Notes under the pieces: model-generated | What the model saw: only the letters and a program-made list of their open reading frames with translations | What the model was told of the DNA's origin: nothing | Databases searched by the model: none | Part shown: positions 56,951 through 64,000 of the stretch, piece by piece | Layout of the letters: the number at the start of each line of letters is the position of its first letter | Position numbering within the stretch: position 1 is the stretch's first letter | Program-made: the position numbers and the translations under genes | Source: Candidatus Nomurabacteria bacterium | Lineage (GTDB): Bacteria > Patescibacteriota > Minisyncoccia > Phycocordibacterales > UBA10002 | Length of the DNA: 64,000 nt | NCBI GenBank assembly: GCA_943354745.1 | Contig: CALRDB010000001.1 | Span: 203 to 64,202 of the forward strand | Direction: 5' to 3'

Positions 56951-58399
56951 ATGAGATTATTTTTTATTGGATGGTCAGGAAAGGAGTTAGGTCTTATCGA
57001 TGTTATGGTAAGGCTGAAGAAGACTCATGACATCGTCTATTGGAGCGGCGATCGAAAAGAGTTCGAGTCCTACAAACATGAACTTCCCGGAGTTATTTTT
57101 CATGAACACTTCGATGCGCTTTATGGAATTCCGGCAGAGGGGGTAGATACTACCGTCTTTCTTCCTCCTGGTGATGCGCTCCTACGGACACTTTTGGAAA
57201 CAGAATCAACTGTTCTCACTATGATGAATAAGCGATTTGAGGGGGTGCTCGTCAGCGAACGCAAGCATCTCTATTATCGTCATGTTCGTTACTGGAACGG
57301 GGTTCTCGAAACTCTTCGGCCAGACGCCATTATATTTCCCTGTGCTCCGCATACGGTATACGACTTTGTTCTTTATAGTCTAGCCAAGATAAGAGGCATT
57401 CCCTGTATCTTTTTTGAGTTGACGGTTATTGGTGGGCGATCACTCTCGATGAAGGATTTTGTCACTGGTAATGACGCACTGGCAGAAGCGACAAAAGCCA
57501 ATGCCCACACATCAGTTCGGAAAGAAGATCTTCACGTCGATATTCGGGAGTATTATGAGTGGCAGATAAATAAACGCGCAAGTCACACTCCCGCGTATCT
57601 TACAAAACAAATCGCCGACAATTCGGGGGTGCAGAAGATGATAATCAAATTAAAATCGGTTTGGTTAAATGTGTGGGTACATCGAAACTTCGGCGCGTTT
57701 GTTAAAGTCCTGACACATATTCCGCGCAAATTCATACCAAACATGAGAAAGGAGTATTCCTCCGCGACATCTCTTCCGGATTATTCGAGGCCTTTTCTGT
57801 ACGTCCCTCTTAATTATCAGCCTGAACGAACGTCAAGTCCCCAGGGAGGGTTCTTTGTGGATCAGCTCCTCATGGTTGAAATCTTGTCGGCGTGCCTCCC
57901 ATCCGATTGGCTGATCTACGTAAAAGAACATCCCGCGCAGTGGATGCACCGCGGGCCGGATTTCTTCAGTTATCGGTATAAAGGGTTTTACCAGAGTCTG
58001 GCTACATTGAAGAATGTCAGATTGGTGCCCATGGATACGAGTACCTATACACTGATGAGTAAGGCGGTAGTCGTGGCAACCGTGACCGGCACTGCGGGTT
58101 TCGAGGCTGTTATGCGTTCGAAACCGGTTATCATATTTGGATATCCTTGGTACCAACATGCTCCGGGTGTCCTCAGAGTTTCCGACGTCCCGACTGGCAA
58201 AGAGGCGCTAAAGAAAATAGCGCACGGCTTTGCTCCTTCGCAAGATGACGTGCTACAGTACCTATTCAACTTCCAGGATACGAGCTTTATCGGGTATTGC
58301 GAACCTCACGGGCACGAGGTGGCAAACATAGGCGCGGCTAAAAACACGGAACGTATTGTTAAAGCGATTGAAACAGAATTGAGTGCAGTGAGGTTATAG
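56951..58399 (+). CDS. Capsule-biosynthesis (KpsS/LipB-like) protein, candidate ulosonic-acid transferase
   Basis: YVPLNYQPE, YVKEHP, TVTGTAGFEA...KPVIIFG.PWY. Confidence 0.78.
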   Translation: MRLFFIGWSGKELGLIDVMVRLKKTHDIVYWSGDRKEFESYKHELPGVIFHEHFDALYGIPAEGVDTTVFLPPGDALLRTLLETESTVLTMMNKRFEGVLVSERKHLYYRHVRYWNGVLETLRPDAIIFPCAPHTVYDFVLYSLAKIRGIPCIFFELTVIGGRSLSMKDFVTGNDALAEATKANAHTSVRKEDLHVDIREYYEWQINKRASHTPAYLTKQIADNSGVQKMIIKLKSVWLNVWVHRNFGAFVKVLTHIPRKFIPNMRKEYSSATSLPDYSRPFLYVPLNYQPERTSSPQGGFFVDQLLMVEILSACLPSDWLIYVKEHPAQWMHRGPDFFSYRYKGFYQSLATLKNVRLVPMDTSTYTLMSKAVVVATVTGTAGFEAVMRSKPVIIFGYPWYQHAPGVLRVSDVPTGKEALKKIAHGFAPSQDDVLQYLFNFQDTSFIGYCEPHGHEVANIGAAKNTERIVKAIETELSAVRL

Positions 58400-58408
58400 T
58401 AATTACAT

Positions 58409-59413
58409 ATGGCTACAGATATATTAAAAGGGAAAACAGTTCTAGTGACCGGAGGAACGGGATCTTTTGGTAAGAGTTTTGTGCGTGAATTATTCGCTCG
58501 GCATGCCGTCAAAAAAGTTATTGTATTCAGCCGGGACGAATTCAAGCAGCATCATATGGAAAAGGAGATGCAAAGCGAGAAGCGTCTACGATTCTTCTTG
58601 GGTGACATCAGAGATATGTCTCGTTTAAGGCGAGCGTTCGCTGGAGTGGATGTCGTGATACACGCTGCCGCGCTTAAGCAAGTTCCGGCACTTGAGTACA
58701 ATCCGTTTGAAGCCATTAAAACAAATGTGATCGGTACGCAAAATGTTATTGAGGCAGCTCTCGATCAAAAGATAAAAAAAGTGGTGCTTATTTCAACCGA
58801 CAAAGCGGCCTATCCTGGAAACTTATATGGCGCAACCAAACTTTGTGCTGAACGGCTCTTCGTTGCGGCTAACTCATACGCGGCAAGACAGACTATTTTT
58901 TCTGTTGTCCGTTACGGGAATGTGCTCGGAAGCAGAGGAAGCTTCGTTGAGACCTTGCTAAAAAATAAAAAGGAAGGAAAGAAAGTTACCATCACCGATC
59001 CTAACATGACACGATTTTGGATTGGTTTAGAACAAGCATACGAACTTGTTGTGTTCGCGCTTCGCCATATGGAAGGAGGAGAGATTTTCATTCCGAAAAT
59101 CCCTAGTATGAATATAGGTGATGTAGTAGAAGCTATTTTCCCTCAAGCAAAAAGAGAAATTGTCGGTCTTCGAGCGGGAGAAAAATTGCATGAGGTCTTA
59201 TTGACCGACCAAGAATCCAGGCATGCTGTGGACTTTAAGCATTATTACGTCGTTCTTCCGGAATTTCATTTCTGGTCGGGTTCTGAGCTCTATCACAACT
59301 ATTTTCAAGTCGGAAAGAAGCTTCCTCTCGGGTTTTCGTATGAAAGCGATACCAACAAAGAGCGTTTAACTATTCAGTCGTTGCGCGATCTTCTCAATGA
59401 TGAACTTATATGA
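58409..59413 (+). CDS. pseB: UDP-N-acetylglucosamine 4,6-dehydratase (inverting)
   Basis: TGGTGSFG, SRDEFKQ, HAAALKQVP.LEYNPFEA, NLYGATKL, VRYGNV, MTRFWI. Confidence 0.93.
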   Translation: MATDILKGKTVLVTGGTGSFGKSFVRELFARHAVKKVIVFSRDEFKQHHMEKEMQSEKRLRFFLGDIRDMSRLRRAFAGVDVVIHAAALKQVPALEYNPFEAIKTNVIGTQNVIEAALDQKIKKVVLISTDKAAYPGNLYGATKLCAERLFVAANSYAARQTIFSVVRYGNVLGSRGSFVETLLKNKKEGKKVTITDPNMTRFWIGLEQAYELVVFALRHMEGGEIFIPKIPSMNIGDVVEAIFPQAKREIVGLRAGEKLHEVLLTDQESRHAVDFKHYYVVLPEFHFWSGSELYHNYFQVGKKLPLGFSYESDTNKERLTIQSLRDLLNDELI

Positions 59414-60546
59414 TTCCGTACAGTCGTCAATCTGTTGATAAACAAGATGCGGTTGCGGTACAAAAAGTACTACGTTCTGATTGGCTGACACAGGGTCCTG
59501 TAGTGAAGAAATTTGAGGAAGCCTTAGTTGCACAGACAGGTGCTCGGTTCGTGGTAGCATTTTCCTCAGGAACAGCAGCACTCGAGGCTGCCTATTTTGC
59601 GGCGGGAATCAAGAAAGGTGATGAAGTTATTATGTCTCCTCTTACGTTTGCAGCAACAGCGAACGCTGCATTGTGGGCGGGAGCAAAAGTTGTGTTTGCA
59701 GATATCGAAAGCGAGACAGGGAATCTGGATCCGGATGAAGTGATAAGGAAAATTACTACAAGAACAAAGGCAATAGTGCCGGTTGATTACGCGGGACTTC
59801 CCGCAAGACTTCGCGAACTAAAGACTATCGCGAAAAACCATGGAGCCATTCTGATTGAAGATGCGGCGCATTCCCTCGGTGCAAGTTATAGCGGCAAAAG
59901 CATCGGAAGTCTCGCGGATATGACAACATTCAGTTTTCATCCCGTTAAGTCCATCACCACGGGAGAAGGTGGAGCCGTTTCAACAAATAATAAAGCTTTT
60001 TTTGAACGATTGGTACTTTTTCGCGAACACGGAATAACGAAGCATTCCGAAAATTTCGTACTGAAAAATCAAGGAGACTGGTATCACGAGATGCAGGAAC
60101 TTGGGCATAATTATCGACTCACAGATATTCAAGCTGCACTTGGCCTCTCTCAACTCAAGAAGTTGTCGGCTTTTATATCCCGCCGTCGCGAGTTGGCTGC
60201 TCGTTACCAAAAAGCATTTGCGGGTAATACGAGTGTTATTGTCCCGCTTGAGTATTCAGGGGCACTGTCCAGCTGGCATCTCTACCCACTGCGGCTTACT
60301 AGGGATAGGAAAGAACAAAAGACGACTCTTTTTAAAAAATTACGCTCTTTAGGGATTGGAGTTCAGGTACACTACATACCGGTGTACTTGCATCCGTATT
60401 ACCAAAAAATAGGGTATAAGAAAGGCCTGTGTCCGAACGCAGAAGCTTTTTATGAAGCCGAACTTTCTATTCCACTCTATCCTGATTTGTCCCGAAAGGA
60501 CCAGGATTTCGTCATCAAAACAATAAACGAATTGACGGGGTTATAG
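59410..60546 (+). CDS. pseC: UDP-4-amino-4,6-dideoxy-N-acetyl-beta-L-altrosamine transaminase
   Basis: MIPYSRQ, WLTQGP, FSFHPVKSITTGEGG, VQVHYIPVY.HPYY; translationally coupled to pseB. Confidence 0.92.
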   Translation: MIPYSRQSVDKQDAVAVQKVLRSDWLTQGPVVKKFEEALVAQTGARFVVAFSSGTAALEAAYFAAGIKKGDEVIMSPLTFAATANAALWAGAKVVFADIESETGNLDPDEVIRKITTRTKAIVPVDYAGLPARLRELKTIAKNHGAILIEDAAHSLGASYSGKSIGSLADMTTFSFHPVKSITTGEGGAVSTNNKAFFERLVLFREHGITKHSENFVLKNQGDWYHEMQELGHNYRLTDIQAALGLSQLKKLSAFISRRRELAARYQKAFAGNTSVIVPLEYSGALSSWHLYPLRLTRDRKEQKTTLFKKLRSLGIGVQVHYIPVYLHPYYQKIGYKKGLCPNAEAFYEAELSIPLYPDLSRKDQDFVIKTINELTGL

Positions 60547-60552
60547 GAGGAT

Positions 60553-60801
60553 ATGATCCCGTTAGAGATCAAAAATGTCACTTGGTATGTTTACGTGCTG
60601 CGAAGCGAGAAAAGCGGTTATTGGTATACTGGAAGTACAAAGGATTTACGGAAACGTTTTAGACAGCACAACGAGAATAAATCAACGTATACCAACCAGC
60701 GCGGACCATGGGAGCTTATCTATTATGAATGGTGTAAAGACGAGGAAGATGCTCGGTCGAGAGAATTATACTTAAAATCCGGGATGGGGCGTTACCTGTA
60801 A
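60553..60801 (+). CDS. Stand-alone GIY-YIG nuclease (possible premature stop; frame continues to TGA at 60837)
   Basis: YVYVL...YTGST.DL.KRF.QHN...T....PWELIYYE...ARSRE..LK. Confidence 0.88.
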   Translation: MIPLEIKNVTWYVYVLRSEKSGYWYTGSTKDLRKRFRQHNENKSTYTNQRGPWELIYYEWCKDEEDARSRELYLKSGMGRYL

Positions 60802-60837
60802 AATCGTCTAAAACGTTTCCTATCTCTAACGGGATGA
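60553..60837 (+). mobile_element. Putative GIY-YIG mini-element with terminal inverted repeats
   Basis: atcccgttagagat 60556-60569 is the exact reverse complement of 60822-60835; ATGA is repeated at 60553-60556 and 60834-60837. Confidence 0.6.
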
Positions 60838-61796
60838 AGAAAGCAAAGATCCTAATTGTAGGGGCAGGTTCCATTGGTACCCGGCATATCCGGAACCTTC
60901 TTTCTTTAGGCTATCGTAATCTAGTAGTGTGTGACTCCTCAAAAGAAAAAGTAAAGGAAATTTCTAAACTCGGAATACTTCGAATGTACGAAGATGTTCA
61001 TAAAGCATTAGCTACTGAAAAGCCGGACATAGTCTTCGTTTGTAACCCCACCCATCTCCACATACCTACTGCCGCTCTTTCTCTCGATGCGGGCGCACAT
61101 ATTTTTATTGAAAAACCAATCTCGCACACCCTTCAAGGGGTTGATGCCCTTCATACTGTTGTTACTACAAATAAAAAAGTTGCGATGGTTGCGTGTAATT
61201 TTCGATTTTCGAAAGGATTCCGAAAGTTGGAAAACATTTTACGGAAGCATGTATACGGCACTCCGCTTCTGTGCAGGGTTGCCTTAGGGTATTATCTTCC
61301 AACTGCGCGTAAGGGAGTCTCGCACACGACAACCTATGCAGCAGGCAAAATAGGCGGAGGAGTAGTGCTTGATTCTGGTTCCCATGTCGTTGAGTATCTT
61401 GCCGACTTGTTCGGAAGCGTAAAAGTGAGCAATGTCGTAAAGGGTACGACTCGCACCATTGGCATAGAAGGTGAAGAAACGGCGGGGATGCTTCTCAAAC
61501 ACGCTAATGGTGTTTTAAGTTCGATATCACTTGATTACGTCTCACGTAAATCAATTCACCGACTTGAAATCCTTACCGAAAAAGGGACACTTGTATTAGA
61601 TTTTCGAGGCGATACACTGGTCTATGAAGCAGAAAATAAAACAAGGTTGCTTTATAAGGGAGATGGTGATCTGAATCTGATGTTTTTGGAGGAGGTAAAG
61701 CATTTCATGAAATGTATAACCGATGGGTCTAAACCAAAACAAGACATCTTGGAGGCGAAGAAAACATTGAAAGTGTTGTTAGGCGATATTGACTAA
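60834..61796 (+). CDS. Gfo/Idh/MocA family oxidoreductase
   Basis: VGAGSIGTRH, CNPTHLH, FIEKP, GGGVVLD. Confidence 0.88.
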   Translation: MKKAKILIVGAGSIGTRHIRNLLSLGYRNLVVCDSSKEKVKEISKLGILRMYEDVHKALATEKPDIVFVCNPTHLHIPTAALSLDAGAHIFIEKPISHTLQGVDALHTVVTTNKKVAMVACNFRFSKGFRKLENILRKHVYGTPLLCRVALGYYLPTARKGVSHTTTYAAGKIGGGVVLDSGSHVVEYLADLFGSVKVSNVVKGTTRTIGIEGEETAGMLLKHANGVLSSISLDYVSRKSIHRLEILTEKGTLVLDFRGDTLVYEAENKTRLLYKGDGDLNLMFLEEVKHFMKCITDGSKPKQDILEAKKTLKVLLGDID

Positions 61797-61797
61797 A

Positions 61798-63126
61798 ATG
61801 AAAAAAAAGACGACAACAAGAAAGGGATCTGTGCTGTGGAATAAAGCCAAAGTGCTTATTCCTGGAGGAAGTCAGCTTCTCTCCAAACGCTCGGAGATGC
61901 TTCTTCCGGGAAGCTGGCCTTCGTATTATGAGAAAGCAAAAGGTATCGAGGTGTGGGACCTTGATGGTAAGAAGTACATCGATTTCTCGACAATGGGAGT
62001 AGGGGTGTGTACGCTTGGCTATGCCGACAGGGAAGTAAATCATGCGGTTAAGTCGGCTATCGATCGGGGTTCTAGTGCCACCTTGAACTGTCCTGAAGAG
62101 GTTGAACTTGCAGAGCTTCTCTGTGAACTTCATCCATGGGCTCACATGGCGAGATTTGCGCGAACCGGTGGTGAGGCGATGGCTATAGCGGTACGCATCG
62201 CGCGAGCCCACACGGGAAAGGAGAAAGTGGCATTTTGTGGGTATCATGGTTGGCATGATTGGTATCTAGCCGCGAATTTGGGAGATACGAAACAGCTAGA
62301 CGGCCATTTGCTTCCCGGTCTTGATCCGGCGGGAGTGCCGCGCTCTCTTAAGGGGACAGCACTTCCTTTTTCGTATAATCATATCGAGGAACTTGAACGT
62401 ATTGTTTCCGCGAACAAGGATATAGGAGTCATTGTTGTAGAACCGCTGAGACATCAAGAACCGAAAGATAATTTCTTACAAAAAGTTGCGGCTATCGCAC
62501 AGAAGAGTGGAGCGGTGTTGATATTTGACGAGATCTCCATAGGTTGGAGGCTTACGGTAGGTGGAGCTCATCTTATGTACGGCGTACACCCTGATATTGC
62601 TGTGTTTGCGAAGGCTATGGGGAATGGTTTTCCTAGCGCTGCAGTCATAGGAACAAAGCATGTTATGGACTCAGCACAAAAGACCTTTATTTCAAGTACG
62701 TATTGGACCGACCGAATTGGTTCGGTCGCGGCTCTTGCTACTATTAAAAAAATGAAGAGGGAACATGTTCCGTTACATCTAAAAAAAATTGGTGGTCTGA
62801 TAAAAGAAGGGTGGGAAATGCTCGCGAGAAAGCATTCCCTTGATATCACGGTACTTGGCCCCGAAGCTCTTGTTACGTTTGTTCTTAATTATGGGGAGAA
62901 AAGCCAAGCACTTCGAACGCTTTTCACGCAAGAAATGCTTGCCCGAGGATATCTTGCTGGAGCAAGCGTCTATGTTTCCTATGCTCATAAAGAGCGTCAA
63001 GTGAAATCGTATCTTAAAGTGGTTGACGAAGTATTTGGAATAGTAAAAAAAGCACAGGAAAGCAAATCTGTCATCCCGTTTCTTAAAGGAGAGGTTGCGC
63101 ACTCTGGCTTTAAGCGCTTAACGTAA
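61798..63126 (+). CDS. Class III PLP aminotransferase (glutamate-1-semialdehyde aminomutase-like)
   Basis: IPGGSQLLSKR, WDLDGKKYID, RTGGEA, GYHGWHDW, IFDEI, FAKAMGNG. Confidence 0.9.
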   Translation: MKKKTTTRKGSVLWNKAKVLIPGGSQLLSKRSEMLLPGSWPSYYEKAKGIEVWDLDGKKYIDFSTMGVGVCTLGYADREVNHAVKSAIDRGSSATLNCPEEVELAELLCELHPWAHMARFARTGGEAMAIAVRIARAHTGKEKVAFCGYHGWHDWYLAANLGDTKQLDGHLLPGLDPAGVPRSLKGTALPFSYNHIEELERIVSANKDIGVIVVEPLRHQEPKDNFLQKVAAIAQKSGAVLIFDEISIGWRLTVGGAHLMYGVHPDIAVFAKAMGNGFPSAAVIGTKHVMDSAQKTFISSTYWTDRIGSVAALATIKKMKREHVPLHLKKIGGLIKEGWEMLARKHSLDITVLGPEALVTFVLNYGEKSQALRTLFTQEMLARGYLAGASVYVSYAHKERQVKSYLKVVDEVFGIVKKAQESKSVIPFLKGEVAHSGFKRLT

Positions 63127-63141
63127 TATCTTGATCACTCT

Positions 63142-64000
63142 ATGATCGTTGCAATTATTCAATCTAGAATGGGCTCGACACGCCTTCCCGGTAAGATGCT
63201 TAGAAAAATCGGAGATAAAACGCTACTCGAGCATGTAGTGCTCCGTGCGACGCATGCCAAGACAATTTCCTCTGTGGTGATTGCTACCACTGATCAGCCA
63301 GAGGATGATGTGCTTGCGAGTATCGCCAAGAAGCTCGGTGTAGTGTGCTTTCGAGGTTCAGAGCATGATGTCCTCGACAGATATTATAAAGCAGCCAAAC
63401 AGTACAGAGCGGATACCGTTGTCCGTCTTACTGGTGATTGTCCGTTCATTGATCCGGAAATCATAGACCGAGTGGTTAATGCATACCTAAAGAGTAAAAA
63501 GAAAGTGGACTATGTGAGTAATGTTCATCCTCCCACATTTCCCGATGGAATGGATGTGGAAGTATTTTCTTTTTCCGCGTTGGAGCGCGCGTGGAAAGAA
63601 GCAAAGCTCCCCTCTGAGCGCGAACACGTTACCCCGTTTTTCTACGGCCACGGACTCTTTCGTGTGAAAAATGTACGTGACCCCAACGATAACTCTGGTA
63701 TTCGTCTTACGGTTGATACGCATGAAGATTTTCGGTTGGTAAGAAAGATATATGCTGAACTTTTTACGAGCAATAGGTCTTTCGACCTCAAAGATATTCT
63801 AGCGCTGCTTAAACAACGACCGGAATTGGCACTCATTAACGGTCATCTCTTGAGGAATGAGGGATACGTGAAATCGATTCGAAAAGACAGTACAGAGGTT
63901 TACCTCGTATTGGGGGGTACTGCAAGGAAGGGGGGAGACCGTTGGTGTACGACATTGTTTGAGCATAAAGGAGATCTCGGTGATCGGCTGCGGGTCACTG
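63142..64000 (+). CDS. SpsF-like cytidylyltransferase with an extra C-terminal domain (3' truncated by window edge; absent from the ORF track)
   Basis: Manual translation from ATG 63142: IIQSRMGSTRLPGK, RGSEHDVLDRY, RLTGDCP, PDGMDVEVF, REHVT, RLTVDTHED; open to the window end. Confidence 0.88.
   Translation, partial: MIVAIIQSRMGSTRLPGKMLRKIGDKTLLEHVVLRATHAKTISSVVIATTDQPEDDVLASIAKKLGVVCFRGSEHDVLDRYYKAAKQYRADTVVRLTGDCPFIDPEIIDRVVNAYLKSKKKVDYVSNVHPPTFPDGMDVEVFSFSALERAWKEAKLPSEREHVTPFFYGHGLFRVKNVRDPNDNSGIRLTVDTHEDFRLVRKIYAELFTSNRSFDLKDILALLKQRPELALINGHLLRNEGYVKSIRKDSTEVYLVLGGTARKGGDRWCTTLFEHKGDLGDRLRVT

Noticed and set aside
58063-58075. RfaH ops-like sequence GGCGGTAG
   Set aside because: It lies inside a CDS, matches only partially and has no JUMPstart context.
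61798-63126. hemL (tetrapyrrole synthesis)
   Set aside because: No other hem genes are nearby and the context is nonulosonate synthesis, so the symbol was withheld.
1-64000. Alternative genetic code (TGA read as Gly), and tRNA/rRNA genes
   Set aside because: Several full-length genes end in TGA, including ATGA overlaps with the next gene, and no cloverleaf or rRNA-like segment was recognised in the short spacers.

Overview
Bacterial DNA in genetic code 11 (TGA is used as a stop). It is probably Patescibacteria/CPR (Parcubacteria-like); this is an inference from scarce Shine-Dalgarno motifs, A/T-rich start contexts and the repeat types present. About 60 kb of the window is one very large surface-glycan locus. 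It holds many GT4, GT2 and GT-C glycosyltransferases, a GtrA flippase, nine SAM methyltransferases, an asnB-type amidotransferase, Gmd/Rmd-like and UXS-like enzymes, and a heptose module (HddA, HddC-like, GmhB, transaldolase, GmhA, plus a UDP-glucose-dehydrogenase homologue lacking the catalytic Cys). It also holds a legionaminic-type nonulosonate module with amidino (HisF/HisH/WbuX-like) and formyl tailoring, two KpsS-like transferases, an ABC flippase and the start of a pseudaminic module. The most notable non-glycan signals are: (1) two unannotated 18-codon leader peptides sharing an N-[IV]-V-P-P motif, each wired into a 1:2/2:3/3:4 transcription-attenuator fold, one upstream of csaA and one upstream of an orphan proB, suggesting proline/polyproline-sensing attenuation; (2) a ~280-bp GIY-YIG mini-element with terminal inverted repeats inserted at a start codon; (3) many palindromes and 7-nt-period repeats embedded in frame in glycosyltransferase genes; (4) an IS200-type element and an internally deleted IS256-type element with perfect ends and a target duplication; (5) several promoters that appear to drive leaderless transcripts. 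No rRNA, tRNA or CRISPR array was recognised.
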